Shown: piece after piece, positions 36,999 to 47,923 of the stretch
How positions within the stretch are numbered: the stretch's first letter is position 1
How the letters are laid out: every line of letters begins with the position of its first letter
Assembly (NCBI GenBank): GCA_934183305.1
Contig: CAKPSF010000003.1
Coordinates: 10,673-74,672 of the forward strand
Origin: an uncultured Clostridia bacterium
GTDB taxonomy: Bacteria; Bacillota; Clostridia; TANB77; CAG-508
Length of the DNA: 64,000 nt
Direction: 5' to 3'
Position numbers and translations under genes: made by a program
The notes under the pieces: model-generated
Seen by the model: only the letters and a program-made list of their open reading frames with translations
What the model was told of the DNA's origin: nothing
Databases searched by the model: none

Positions 36999-38498
36999 CT
37001 AATTTAAAGGTTTCATCGTTGGGAAGAATAATACATCTCTTATTGATGCACTTCCTGTTAATAACATTATTAATCTATCTAATCCTATTCCCATTCCACC
37101 TGTTGGAGGTAAACCAATTTCAAGTGCTGTTACAAAATCCTCATCCATTCCACCTGCTTCTTCATCGCCTTTTTCTTTAGCTTCTACTTGTTTTAAGAAT
37201 CTTTGATATTGGTCTATTGGATCATTTAGTTCTGAATATGCATTTCCATATTCTCTTCCACCTATAAATAATTCAAATCTTTCAACTAATCTCGGATCAT
37301 CATTCCTTCTTTTTGTAAGTGGTGATACTTCTACTGGGTAATCCATTATAAATGTTGGTTGAATTAACGTTTCTTCAACAAATGTTTCAAAAAATTCATT
37401 TATAATATGTCCTCTTGTATTTTTTATTTCTTCAAACTCAACACCTTTTTCTTTGGCAATAGCTTGTGCTTCTTCGTCTGTATTTATTGTATTAAAATCT
37501 ACACCTGTTACGTTTTTAATTGCATCTATCATAGTAATTCTATTCCAAGATGGAGTTAAATCTATTTCATTTCCATCATATGTAATTTTTGTAGTTCCTA
37601 ATACTTTTTGTGCTACTGTTGAAATCAATTCTTCTGATATATTCATCATATCGTTATAGTCTTCATATGCCGAATACCATTCCATATTTGTAAATTCAGG
37701 ATTGTGTTTAATATCCATTCCTTCATTTCTAAAATTCTTACCAATTTCAAATACTTTATCAAATCCACCAACTATTAATCTTTTTAAGTTTAATTCTGGT
37801 GCAATTCTTAAATACATTTGCAAATCTAAAGTATTGTGATGTGTTATAAATGGTCTAGCAGCATCTCCTGTTGCTACTGTTGTAAGCATTGGAGTTTCAA
37901 CTTCCATATATCCTTTTTCTGTCATAAAGTTTCTTATTTCTTTTAATATTTTACTTCTTAATATAAATGTATCTTTTACTTCTGGATTAACTATTAAATC
38001 TACATATCTTTGTCTATATCTTAAATCCATATCTTTTAATCCATGGAATTTTTCTGGAAGTGGTCTTAAAGATTTTGTAAGTAAAACTACTTCTTTAGCA
38101 TGAATAGATATTTCTTCTGTTCTTGTTTTAAATACAAATCCTTTTAATCCAATAATATCTCCTATATCAAAAGTTTTAAAAGCTTTGTAACTTTCTTCTC
38201 CCAAGTCGTTTATACTAACATAGCTTTGTATTGTTCCATTTGAATCTTGAATTGTACAAAAAGATGCTTTTCCCATTATTCTTTTTGCAATAATTCTTCC
38301 TGCAACAGAAACATCTTTTCCTTCAAATTTTTCATAATTTGCTTTTATTTGTCCTGCTGTTTCAGTTCTGTCATATTTTGTTATTGCAAATGGATTTTTT
38401 CCTTGCGCTTGAAGTTCGTCTAGCTTTTCTTTTCTTACCTGCATTAATTTGTTTAAATCTTGTTCTTGTTCCTGATTGTTATTTGGTTGTTCACTCAT
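36999..38498 (-). CDS. lysS: Lysine--tRNA ligase (class II)
   Basis: Class II motifs and [20 protein letters not shown]. 499 aa. Confidence 0.95.
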   Translation of the reverse strand: MSEQPNNNQEQEQDLNKLMQVRKEKLDELQAQGKNPFAITKYDRTETAGQIKANYEKFEGKDVSVAGRIIAKRIMGKASFCTIQDSNGTIQSYVSINDLGEESYKAFKTFDIGDIIGLKGFVFKTRTEEISIHAKEVVLLTKSLRPLPEKFHGLKDMDLRYRQRYVDLIVNPEVKDTFILRSKILKEIRNFMTEKGYMEVETPMLTTVATGDAARPFITHHNTLDLQMYLRIAPELNLKRLIVGGFDKVFEIGKNFRNEGMDIKHNPEFTNMEWYSAYEDYNDMMNISEELISTVAQKVLGTTKITYDGNEIDLTPSWNRITMIDAIKNVTGVDFNTINTDEEAQAIAKEKGVEFEEIKNTRGHIINEFFETFVEETLIQPTFIMDYPVEVSPLTKRRNDDPRLVERFELFIGGREYGNAYSELNDPIDQYQRFLKQVEAKEKGDEEAGGMDEDFVTALEIGLPPTGGMGIGLDRLIMLLTGSASIRDVLFFPTMKPLN

Positions 38499-38522
38499 AT
38501 AATATTTCCCCCTTATTTATAA

Positions 38523-40331
38523 CTAGTTTTCAAAAAACTGATTAAATTCTTGTTCTGTTATTGTTTCTTTTATTAAAAGTTCTTGTGCAACCTTGTGTAG
38601 TATATCCATATTTTCACTAAGAATAATACTAGCCTTCTTATACGCATCATCCATAAGTCTTTTAATTTCTTTTCCAACAGTATCTTCTATATTTTCTCCA
38701 AATAATTGAAGTTCATATGGGCTATCTGTTTTTAATGATATTGGTCCAACAACATCACTCATTCCATACACAGTCACCATATCTCTTGCAATTTTAGTTG
38801 CAACTTCTATGTCATTGCTTGCACCTGTTGATATATCATTTATTGCTAATTTTTCTGCTACTCTTCCACCAAGAAGCGCAATTAATTTCTGTTCCATTTG
38901 TGTTTTAGAAACATAAAATTTATCTTCATCATTTTTATATAATGTATAACCGCCCGCAAATCCTCTTGGTATAATAGATATTTCTTTTACATCTTCTACA
39001 CAGTCTAAGAATTTACTTACAATTGCATGTCCAGCTTCATGATAAGCAGTTAATTTTTTATCTTTTTCTGATATTACTCTACTTGTTTTTTGAATACCCA
39101 CTGTCACTTTTTTTACAGCTTCATCAATATCGTCTAATGTTATTGCTTTGTGTTTATTTATTGTAGCAATAATTGCTGCTTCATTTAAAACATTGGCAAG
39201 TTCTGCACCAGTAAAGCCTGCAGTATCTTCTGCAATTCTTTTTAAATCTAATCCATCTTCAAATTTTTTATTTTCACTATGAATTTTTAATATTTCTTCT
39301 CTTCCTTTTACATCAGGACTTGTAATTGTTATTTGTCTATCAAATCTTCCAGGTCTTAAAAGTGCTGTATCTAACATTTCTGGTCTATTTGTTGCTGCCA
39401 ATACTATAACAGTTTCATCTGTTTCGAAGCCATCCATTTCAACTAAGAGTTGGTTTAATGTTTGATTATTTTCTGTTTCTGCTCCACTATTACTTGTTCT
39501 TCTAGCACCAATCGCATCTATCTCATCTATAAATATAATACAAGGAGCCATTTTTTTAGCTTTTTCAAATAGTTTTCTAACTCTTGAAGCACCAAGTCCA
39601 GCAAACATTTCTATAAATTCAGAACCACTCATAGAAATAAATGGTACTCCAGCCTCTCCTGCAACAGCTTTAGCAATTAAAGTTTTACCTGTACCAGGTT
39701 TTCCACAAAGTAAAATTCCCTTAGGCACTTTAGCACCCATATTTAAAAATCTCTTTGGATGTTTTAAAAAGTCTACTATTTCTACTAATTCATTTTTTTC
39801 CTCATCTAGACCTGCAACATCTTTAAATCTAACTTTTGTATCATTTTCTTTCCCATCATAAACTTTATTATCTGATCCAAAACCTTGCATTTTAAATACC
39901 ATTATAATCATTGCTAATAATAACAATGTTGGTAAGAATTGTATAAACATTGAAGAGATTTTTACCATTATACTTGTAGGTTTTTGATTTAGTTTAATTT
40001 CTTTGCCTTCTAGCTTTTTATTTTGTATTAATTCTATAAATGCCTCCGTATTAGGTATACTTACTGTTTTCTTTTCTTCTTGATCTTTATACTTAACCTT
40101 AGCTGTTGTGCTTCCAGCATTCATTTCTATTTCTTCAATTTTATCTTCTTCTATTTGCATTATAACATCTGTATATGCAACTTCTTTTCCTTTATTTTGT
40201 TTTTCCATATAGAAATATCCATATGCTAAAGCAGCAACCAAAATAAGTCCTAAAATTGAAGCTAATAAATAATAGCCAGTATTATTGTTTTTCTTGTTAT
40301 TCTTCTTATTTTTGTCTTTTTTATTTGACAT
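38523..40331 (-). CDS. ftsH: ATP-dependent zinc metalloprotease FtsH
   Basis: N-terminal TM, AAA+ (GKPGTGKTLIAKAVAGEA), and zinc-binding HEAGHA. Confidence 0.95.
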   Translation of the reverse strand: MSNKKDKNKKNNKKNNNTGYYLLASILGLILVAALAYGYFYMEKQNKGKEVAYTDVIMQIEEDKIEEIEMNAGSTTAKVKYKDQEEKKTVSIPNTEAFIELIQNKKLEGKEIKLNQKPTSIMVKISSMFIQFLPTLLLLAMIIMVFKMQGFGSDNKVYDGKENDTKVRFKDVAGLDEEKNELVEIVDFLKHPKRFLNMGAKVPKGILLCGKPGTGKTLIAKAVAGEAGVPFISMSGSEFIEMFAGLGASRVRKLFEKAKKMAPCIIFIDEIDAIGARRTSNSGAETENNQTLNQLLVEMDGFETDETVIVLAATNRPEMLDTALLRPGRFDRQITITSPDVKGREEILKIHSENKKFEDGLDLKRIAEDTAGFTGAELANVLNEAAIIATINKHKAITLDDIDEAVKKVTVGIQKTSRVISEKDKKLTAYHEAGHAIVSKFLDCVEDVKEISIIPRGFAGGYTLYKNDEDKFYVSKTQMEQKLIALLGGRVAEKLAINDISTGASNDIEVATKIARDMVTVYGMSDVVGPISLKTDSPYELQLFGENIEDTVGKEIKRLMDDAYKKASIILSENMDILHKVAQELLIKETITEQEFNQFFEN

Positions 40332-40349
40332 TTTTTTGCTCCTTCTTAA

Positions 40350-41390
40350 TTATTTGCCTTCTTGGATAGTAGATGGGTTTACAGTTCCATCTATCTCTCC
40401 TTCATCTTTTTCCTTTTTTTCTTTTTTCTTTTCTTTCTTTTCAGGTTTGTTTTCTTTTTCTTCTTGCTCTTTTTTCTCTTTTTCTTTTTCTAATTCTGCT
40501 TTTACTTTTTCTTGTTCGTTTGCAAGCTTCATAAGTTCAATTTGTCTATTTATAAAGTCTGTTTTTATCATTAATACCGCAACAATTACGTAAATATATG
40601 AAATAAGATTATACATTAATCCAAAGTATTTTACATTTATTCCAAATAGTAAATTTAAAATTATATATATTATATTTAAAACAAGAGATAATGTAATAGC
40701 ATGTACAGCAACGCTAAATGATGGTGCTGCTTTCAAGTTCAATCTTGAAAGTTTTGAAACTAAATATGCTAATATCCAAAGTATTAATATATCCATAAAT
40801 ATTGAAATGAAATATACTATAAACAAATATACAAATATAATGAAATACAATGATGCACACATAGAAACAATATTTAAACTTTCAAAATATTCAATTGCAC
40901 TTTGTTTTGTAAATTCATTTATATTACAACTAGAAGCTAGTGCTAAATAATTATATTCAACTTGTCCTAATGTACTGTTAGATATAACAACACATTTATC
41001 TTTTAATACTACTAAAGAAATATTTTCTTTTTTTATTTTGTCTTGGTATTCTGTTAGTTCTGTGCTATTGGTATCTATTAAAATTTTTCCAAATGTTTCT
41101 GAATAATCATCAATAACTATTGGCTCGTCAGTTTCCATACTTAATGTACCGTTTGAATATGAAAATTCAGGTAATTTTTCTTTCATTGTTGCATATACAT
41201 TTTTGCAGTTATCAACTATTTTAAAAGTATAAAAGAACGATACAATAACAGCAAAAACTAAAACTAGTTTTGCAAAATATTTAAAACTCACTTTTGGTGT
41301 TTCTAATGCGAAATCCTCATATTTATCTAAATCTTTAATACTTTTAAAAGCTTCCTTAAAAAAATTACTTTTTTTATTTTTCTCTGCCAT
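40350..41390 (-). CDS. Hypothetical polytopic membrane protein with Lys/Glu-rich low-complexity C-terminal tail
   Basis: TM-rich middle region; C-terminus EKEKEKKEQEEKENKPEKKEKKKEKKEKDEGE. Confidence 0.4.
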   Translation of the reverse strand: MAEKNKKSNFFKEAFKSIKDLDKYEDFALETPKVSFKYFAKLVLVFAVIVSFFYTFKIVDNCKNVYATMKEKLPEFSYSNGTLSMETDEPIVIDDYSETFGKILIDTNSTELTEYQDKIKKENISLVVLKDKCVVISNSTLGQVEYNYLALASSCNINEFTKQSAIEYFESLNIVSMCASLYFIIFVYLFIVYFISIFMDILILWILAYLVSKLSRLNLKAAPSFSVAVHAITLSLVLNIIYIILNLLFGINVKYFGLMYNLISYIYVIVAVLMIKTDFINRQIELMKLANEQEKVKAELEKEKEKKEQEEKENKPEKKEKKKEKKEKDEGEIDGTVNPSTIQEGK

Positions 41391-41415
41391 TTTTTATTAC
41401 TCCTCACATATTAAT

Positions 41416-42798
41416 CTACATTTTAGCTTCTACAATCATTCCATTTGGTGTATCTTTAACAGTATACCCTAAAGCAAATAATTTATCTCTTAATTCATCA
41501 GATTTGCTCCAATTTTTATCGTTTCTTGCTTGTTCTCTTTCTTTAATAATTTTATTTATATTTTCTGGTAAATCTATTTTTTCCTCTTTGTCTATATTTA
41601 AGCCCAAAACCTCATCAAACTTTTTAAGTAGTTTCGCAAATTCAGGAGATTTTTCTTCTTGTTTTATAACTTCCCATACTACACTTAACGCTTGTGGCAT
41701 ATTCAAGTCATCATTTATTGCTTCTAAAAAGTCGCTTTCAAATTTTTCTATTTTTTCTTTTTCAATTATACTTGTTCCATTTAAATGACGTTTATAGCCT
41801 TCTCTTAGTCTATTTAATGCTACCTTAGCAGCATCCATAGCTTCAAATGTAAAGTTTATAGGTTTTTTATAATGTGAAGAAAAATTAAACATTCTATATA
41901 CATCTGGTGAATATCCTTTTTTCTCTAAATCTTCTAAGGTATATAAATTGTTTAAGCTCTTAGACATTTTTCCACCATTAACTTGAAGAAATTCCACATG
42001 CATCCAATAATTTGCAGGAATTTTCCCACAATATCCTTTAGCTTGTGCTATTTCATTTTCATGATGTACTGGAATATGGTCCATTCCTCCTGTGTGAATG
42101 TCAAAAACTTCTCCCAAGTATTTTTCAGACATTGCACTACATTCTAGATGCCATCCTGGATAGCATTTTCCCCAGAAAGTATCCCATTGCATTAAATGCT
42201 CTTTAGGAGCTTTTATCCACAACGCGAAGTCTGTTGGATTTTTCTTTTCAGTATCAAATTCAACCCTTGCTCCCGCTTTTTGCTCTTCTATATTTCTGTT
42301 TGATAAAACTCCATATTTATCTAATTTAGACGTATCAAAATATATTGTGTCTTTAGTTTCATATGTATACCCATTTGCAATTATCTGTTTTAAATAATCT
42401 TCCATTACTTGAATATGTTCAGTTGCTCTACATACAATTTCAGGCATATCTATGCCTAATTTTTTCATATCACCCAAAAAAGCATTCATATAAAATTCTG
42501 CTATTTCAAATGGACTTTTATGTTCTCTTCTTGAAGCTTTAAGCATTTTGTCTTCGCCTTCATCAGCATCTGAAACTAAATGTCCAACATCGGTTATGTT
42601 CATAGCATGTTTTAGTGTATATCCATTATATTTTAATACTCTTCTTAAGTTATCCATAAAAAGATAAGCTCTAAGGTTTCCTATATGGGCAAAATAATAT
42701 ACTGTAGGTCCACAAGTATAAATTCTAACCTCTTTACTATCTATAGGTATAAAATCTTCTTTTTTTCTTGTAAGTGTATTATATATTTTTAAGCCCAT
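41416..42798 (-). CDS. cysS: Cysteine--tRNA ligase
   Basis: HIGNLRAY (HIGH) and KMSKS motifs. 460 aa. Confidence 0.95.
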   Translation of the reverse strand: MGLKIYNTLTRKKEDFIPIDSKEVRIYTCGPTVYYFAHIGNLRAYLFMDNLRRVLKYNGYTLKHAMNITDVGHLVSDADEGEDKMLKASRREHKSPFEIAEFYMNAFLGDMKKLGIDMPEIVCRATEHIQVMEDYLKQIIANGYTYETKDTIYFDTSKLDKYGVLSNRNIEEQKAGARVEFDTEKKNPTDFALWIKAPKEHLMQWDTFWGKCYPGWHLECSAMSEKYLGEVFDIHTGGMDHIPVHHENEIAQAKGYCGKIPANYWMHVEFLQVNGGKMSKSLNNLYTLEDLEKKGYSPDVYRMFNFSSHYKKPINFTFEAMDAAKVALNRLREGYKRHLNGTSIIEKEKIEKFESDFLEAINDDLNMPQALSVVWEVIKQEEKSPEFAKLLKKFDEVLGLNIDKEEKIDLPENINKIIKEREQARNDKNWSKSDELRDKLFALGYTVKDTPNGMIVEAKM

Positions 42799-42816
42799 AC
42801 ATTTTCCTCCTTTAAA

Positions 42817-45435
42817 CTATTGATTAGTCGTTGTATTTTCAACCGTATTTGATGGTGTAGGAGTTGGTGAAGGCGGAGTTTCAGCTTCTACCTTCACTGT
42901 CCTTGTAACCTTTGTAACATTTCCTGCACTATCATTTACAGTATATGTAATAGTATATGTTCCAGCAACTGCAGTATTTACAGTTCCTGTTATAATAATT
43001 TTTGATGTTAAATCTCCATCTTTATCATCTGTTGCTTTAGCGCCAAGTTCTGTATACTTTCCACCAACTTTTAATGTTATAGTTGCACTTCCATTTAATG
43101 TTATAACTGGTGGATTATTTTTTTCTTTGCAATTATCACAAGTTTCCTCTGGTAGCATATATTTTGCATCTCCAGCTTTTTGCCAGTTTGTATTATCTGT
43201 TGACCTTGTTATAAATATTTTAGTTTCTTTATTTTCGCAGTTTGGCCCAGCAACTTTTCCTGTTTCTTTACATATTTCAGCTTGAACATGGCAAGTACAA
43301 GTCTTAGTTGGTACTGTTCCTTTTACAAAATATTCAGAATACACTCTGCTTCCTCTTGGATCATTCTTGCAAGCATCAGTTGCAAGTAATCCTGAATCTT
43401 TACAAACATTTGCTGTAACTAATCCATCTGGTTTTTCAAAAGATTTTCCTTTCAAATCCTTATGTATAGCTGTCATAACGTTCTTCCAAATTGTATTGGC
43501 ATTAGACGTTGCACCAGCCGGTATAGCTGTTGGCGTATCATATCCATACCAAGTTGCTGCTGTATAATATGGCGTAAATCCGCAAAGCCATTTATCTTTT
43601 TTAGAGTTTGTTGTACCAGTTTTTGCTGCTGTTTCCATTCCAGATATCTTACAAGCTGACGCAGTTCCTCCTGTTTTAGTTGGTTCAGTTAATAACTGTT
43701 TAAGTATATATGCATTTTCTACTGAAAATACTCTGGTTTTTGGTTGATCAGCTTCTAAAACTGTATTTCCATTTTCATCAACCACTTTTGTATAGAATGT
43801 AGGAGTTATGTATTCTCCATCATTTGCAATAGCAGCATATGCTCCAGCCATTTGCAATGGCGAAATTCCTTCACTTATTCCTCCTAAAGCTAATGGTAAA
43901 CTATTATCTTTATCTGAGTCTATTGAAGTTACTCCTAACCTTTTCAAATATTCAATTGACTTAGCAGGTGTTAAATCTTCTAATACTTGAATAGCAATTG
44001 TATTTTGAGAAATTCTAACCGCTTGCCTCATATTTGATAATCCTTTAAATCCTGAATATGAATTTTTAGGTGTCCAAGTTCCATATTTTAATGGAACATC
44101 ATCATATACAGATGCAGCATTTATTATTCCTTCTTGTAATGCAGGTCCATATACTGCTATAGGTTTTATAGAAGATCCCGGTTGACGTTTTGCTTGATTT
44201 ACTCTGTTAAGTTTACCAGCTTCTTTTTCTCCCAATACGCCAACTGCCCCAACAACATATCCATTAGATTGATCAATAACTACCGTTGCAGACTGAGCAG
44301 CTTCTTTAACTTTTTGCAACTCTCCATCTACTTTTTTCTCAACAGTAGTTTTAACTTGATATTTTGATTTTGAATATTCATCCTCTAATTTTTCTTGAAT
44401 TGAAGCGACTTCTGTTGAATAAATCTTCAATCCACTACTATATAAATATGTTTCAGCATATTCAGCATTCATGCCCTTTTCTGTTACTAATTGGTTTATA
44501 ACTTGTTTAATTAATGCTTCTGTATGTGAAGAATATGAAGCTTTATCTATAATAGTTCCCTTTTTAAAGTTTAATCCTTTATCGACTTCTTCAATTGCAC
44601 TATTATATTCGTCTTTACTTATTTTTCCTTGATCAACCATTTGTTTTAAAACAGTTTTTGTTCTTTTGTTAATTTTGTCTGTTTTAGGTTCATCAACAAA
44701 TGGATTATATCCGTTAGGTGAGTGAGTTACTCCTGCAATAAACGCACTCTCAGCTAAGCTTAATTCTGTTGGTGTTTTGCTAAAATAATATTCAGATGCC
44801 ATTCCAACGCCATTTACGTTTCCACCTAAATAAATTATATTCATATATAGCTCTAATATTTGATCTTTAGATAGTATTTGCTCAACTTGATATGCTCTAA
44901 TCATTTCTTTAACTTTTCTTATTGCACCTTTTACTCCTGAATCATCTTTTTCTTTTGTTATATTTTTAACTAATTGTTGTGTTAAAGTACTTCCACCTCC
45001 AACAGATGATTCTCCTTTATGAAATATAAATGAAATGATAGCATACCCAGTTCTTGATATATCTACTCCATTGTGGCTATAAAACCTTTTATCTTCAATT
45101 GCCACAAATGCTTTAGGTAAATATTCTCCCATTTCGCTCTTGCTAAGTATTTTTCTGTTCTCTTTTCCACTTAGCACAGCTAAAACATTACCCTCTGAAT
45201 CAACAACGGTACTATTTGAATAATCAATTATTAAATCTTTTTTAGTTATTGCATATTTGCCTGCCATACCAAAAATAAGTCCAGCTCCAATTCCAGCAAG
45301 AACAATAATCAATACAATAATTGCTATTACTATTTTTTTCCATACTTTTTTCTTTTTAGTATTATTTTTATTATTTACTTTTTTTGTATTTTTTTCTTTT
45401 TTAGTATCATCTTTGGAATTTACAGTTTTTTTCAT
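42817..45435 (-). CDS. Class A penicillin-binding protein (PBP1A-type: transglycosylase plus transpeptidase) with C-terminal Ig-like domain
   Basis: GT51 motif FVAIEDKRFYSHNGVD, transpeptidase SxxK/SxN/KTG motifs, and a C-terminal beta-rich Ig-like domain with a PSPTPTPS tail. Confidence 0.9.
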   Translation of the reverse strand: MKKTVNSKDDTKKEKNTKKVNNKNNTKKKKVWKKIVIAIIVLIIVLAGIGAGLIFGMAGKYAITKKDLIIDYSNSTVVDSEGNVLAVLSGKENRKILSKSEMGEYLPKAFVAIEDKRFYSHNGVDISRTGYAIISFIFHKGESSVGGGSTLTQQLVKNITKEKDDSGVKGAIRKVKEMIRAYQVEQILSKDQILELYMNIIYLGGNVNGVGMASEYYFSKTPTELSLAESAFIAGVTHSPNGYNPFVDEPKTDKINKRTKTVLKQMVDQGKISKDEYNSAIEEVDKGLNFKKGTIIDKASYSSHTEALIKQVINQLVTEKGMNAEYAETYLYSSGLKIYSTEVASIQEKLEDEYSKSKYQVKTTVEKKVDGELQKVKEAAQSATVVIDQSNGYVVGAVGVLGEKEAGKLNRVNQAKRQPGSSIKPIAVYGPALQEGIINAASVYDDVPLKYGTWTPKNSYSGFKGLSNMRQAVRISQNTIAIQVLEDLTPAKSIEYLKRLGVTSIDSDKDNSLPLALGGISEGISPLQMAGAYAAIANDGEYITPTFYTKVVDENGNTVLEADQPKTRVFSVENAYILKQLLTEPTKTGGTASACKISGMETAAKTGTTNSKKDKWLCGFTPYYTAATWYGYDTPTAIPAGATSNANTIWKNVMTAIHKDLKGKSFEKPDGLVTANVCKDSGLLATDACKNDPRGSRVYSEYFVKGTVPTKTCTCHVQAEICKETGKVAGPNCENKETKIFITRSTDNTNWQKAGDAKYMLPEETCDNCKEKNNPPVITLNGSATITLKVGGKYTELGAKATDDKDGDLTSKIIITGTVNTAVAGTYTITYTVNDSAGNVTKVTRTVKVEAETPPSPTPTPSNTVENTTTNQ

Positions 45436-45609
45436 ATTTACTACCTATTCCTTTCCTGTTTATACTTTAGTATAATTTTTGCGCACAATACGCATTACTA
45501 TTATATTATAAAAACTTAAAAAGATAAAGGGTTTTGCTAAAAAAATTCACATATAAATAAAAAAAATGCATACATTTTTACTAATAATAAATTAGAAAGA
45601 AGTGAGCTT

Positions 45610-46152
45610 ATGTTTATATACAATTTTAAGGTAAATGGAAATGGGATTTTTAGAATAGTTGTAGTATTAATTATAATTATTGCATTACTGGTTATGGCAC
45701 TTTCAATGTATAATTTTTTTAAAAAAGGAAAAGTTATCGTAAATGATGATTTGCCAACTAATTCAATAGCAAATATCCAATCAAATCAATACACAAATAT
45801 ACTAAGAGAGGTTTATGAAGACATAGACACTTATATAGGTCAATCAATTAATTTTACTGGATATGTTTATAAACAATATGATTTAAAAGACACAGAATTT
45901 GTTTTAGCAAGAGATATGTTAATAAATTCAGATTCACAAACTGTAGTAGTTGGCTTCCTTTGTTCCTACGATAAAGCACAGAACTTTAAAGAAGGAACTT
46001 GGGTAAATGTTACTGGTAAAATTGTAAAAGGCTATTACCACAATGAAATCCCAGTAATTGATATAACCAAAATAGAAGAAACAAAAAAACCAGAAGATTG
46101 CTATGTGTATCCTCCAGCAGATACTTATATTCAAACTTCAACAATCCTTTAA
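45610..46152 (+). CDS. Hypothetical membrane-anchored protein (180 aa). It is the only plus-strand gene in the window.
   Basis: ATG 45610 with a GA-rich RBS, and an N-terminal TM (IFRIVVVLIIIIALLVMAL). Convergent with the AI-2E transporter gene. Confidence 0.4.
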   Translation: MFIYNFKVNGNGIFRIVVVLIIIIALLVMALSMYNFFKKGKVIVNDDLPTNSIANIQSNQYTNILREVYEDIDTYIGQSINFTGYVYKQYDLKDTEFVLARDMLINSDSQTVVVGFLCSYDKAQNFKEGTWVNVTGKIVKGYYHNEIPVIDITKIEETKKPEDCYVYPPADTYIQTSTIL

Positions 46153-46176
46153 CTTTTCTAAACATACATAACCAAT

Positions 46177-46205
46177 AAAAGAGCGATTTAAAAATCGCTC
46201 TTTTA
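46177..46205. terminator. Bidirectional rho-independent terminator
   Basis: AAAAGAGCGATTT-aaaa-ATCGCTCTTTT between the convergent genes 45610..46152(+) and 46206..47312(-). Confidence 0.75.
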
Positions 46206-47312
46206 TTATCTTCTATCCAAAATTGTTTTTACAACTCCATTATCTATCATAGTTTCAAATACGTTTTTCAGGATAATTAAAATTATCGGTCCAATAAACA
46301 TTCCTATTACCCCAATTGTTTTAAAGCCCGTATACATTGCTATTAATGTGAAAATTGGATGTATTCCAATATGATTACTTACAATTTTAGGCTCTATGAG
46401 TTGCCTTACAACAATTGTTACAACATACAAAACCAATACACCTATTGCCAACTTTATATCTCCGTTAAAGCCTGAAATAACCGCCCATGGCACCATTACA
46501 GTTCCTGAACCTAGTATTGGCAATGCATCAACAAATCCGATTACTAATGCCATAATTAAAGGATATTTCACGTTCATACCAATTAAATTAAATATAAGCA
46601 ATCCAGTAAGAACAATAACAAAGGATATTAATATTAAAATAGCCTCTGCCTTTAGGTAATTTCCTAAAGAAGAACTTACTTTTCTTAATTTGTTTCCAAT
46701 TTTTATTGTCCAATTTCTAGGCAAATGATGCTCCATTTGATCTAAAATATACATCTTGTCTGCACACACAAAATAAGTTGCAAGTATTGTTATTCCAGTA
46801 CATATTGCAATTTGAGGTAAGTGTTTAACTGTATTTATTACATATGTTAAAAGATTTTGGGCAATATCTTTTCCTACTTCAATTAATTCATTTACAGTAT
46901 TATTAGCTAAATCTTTAACCTGTTCTGGAATATTTAAAGAATCAAACTTAAAGCTATTTATTAATCCATTTATTTTAGAACTTATATTAGCAACATTATT
47001 ATTAAGTCCTGTTAAAATATTTGTAGACTCAGTTATTGCAACAGTAATCCCCCACGCCAGCAGCCCAATTATAATGCCAAATACAATAATTAAGGTTATA
47101 ATTGCACTAGCTTTTCTAGTAAAATTAGTAATTTTCATCACCTTTCTTATTAATGGTTCAATAAGCAAACTTATAATAAATGCAATTAAAAAAGGAACAT
47201 AATAAACAGAAAGTTTAAAAATTATGTATATAGCTACTAAAGTTAATATAAATATTAATAATCTTTTTCCAACCTTTTTGTAGTAATTCATATCTGTAAT
47301 CACGCAAATCAC
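46206..47312 (-). CDS. AI-2E family transporter
   Basis: Eight TM helices and UPF0118/AI-2E family layout. 368 aa. Confidence 0.7.
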   Translation of the reverse strand: MICVITDMNYYKKVGKRLLIFILTLVAIYIIFKLSVYYVPFLIAFIISLLIEPLIRKVMKITNFTRKASAIITLIIVFGIIIGLLAWGITVAITESTNILTGLNNNVANISSKINGLINSFKFDSLNIPEQVKDLANNTVNELIEVGKDIAQNLLTYVINTVKHLPQIAICTGITILATYFVCADKMYILDQMEHHLPRNWTIKIGNKLRKVSSSLGNYLKAEAILILISFVIVLTGLLIFNLIGMNVKYPLIMALVIGFVDALPILGSGTVMVPWAVISGFNGDIKLAIGVLVLYVVTIVVRQLIEPKIVSNHIGIHPIFTLIAMYTGFKTIGVIGMFIGPIILIILKNVFETMIDNGVVKTILDRR

Positions 47313-47413
47313 CTCAGTTTATTTTATGTATAATAGATGATTTTTATTAGAAGAATTTAAATTATTTTACAGGCAGGTACAAAACCTGCCCATACAGTCA
47401 TTATTTCTACAAA

Positions 47414-47860
47414 TTAAAATTTATTATTGTTGCAATCGCAAATATGTTCAAATGTTTTTCCTATACATTCACAATTAATATCTTGATGCTTTGCTAAATC
47501 TCCCAATGTTAATATTCCTACTAATTTTCCATTCTCTGTTACTGGTATTCTTCTTATTCCTGTTTGTCCCATATTCTTTGTAACAGTATCAATATCTTCA
47601 TTACAATCGCAGCAAGTTGTTTTGCATGTCATTATATCACTTGCTTTAGTATTTTTATTATCTTTTCCGCAAGCAACACTTCTTAATATAATATCTCTAT
47701 CTGTTAAAATTCCTACAACATTATTATTGCAATCACAAACAGGTATACATCCACATCCGTTTTCATGCATTAGTTTTGCAACATCACTTATATTAGTATC
47801 TGGTGTACAACTGCAAACATCCCCACACATACATTCTTTAACCTTCATAAAAAAATCCAC
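47414..47860 (-). CDS. CBS-pair domain protein with 17 Cys arranged mostly in CXC motifs
   Basis: Two CBS motifs (GCGCIPVCDCNNNVVGILTDRDI and IRRIPVTENGKLVGILTLGDL). CMC, CSC, CGC, CDC, CCDC, CEC and CDC motifs are interspersed. Confidence 0.6.
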   Translation of the reverse strand: MDFFMKVKECMCGDVCSCTPDTNISDVAKLMHENGCGCIPVCDCNNNVVGILTDRDIILRSVACGKDNKNTKASDIMTCKTTCCDCNEDIDTVTKNMGQTGIRRIPVTENGKLVGILTLGDLAKHQDINCECIGKTFEHICDCNNNKF

Positions 47861-47923
47861 CTTTCATAAAAAATATATATTTATTTTTTACAAAAAGAGG
47901 ATTTTTATTCTTAATTTATTTAC

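Noticed and set aside
40380-40520. Apparent short tandem nucleotide repeats, checked as a possible CRISPR or minisatellite
   Set aside because: They are the coding sequence of a Lys/Glu-rich tail. There are no spacer-like unique segments and no cas genes.
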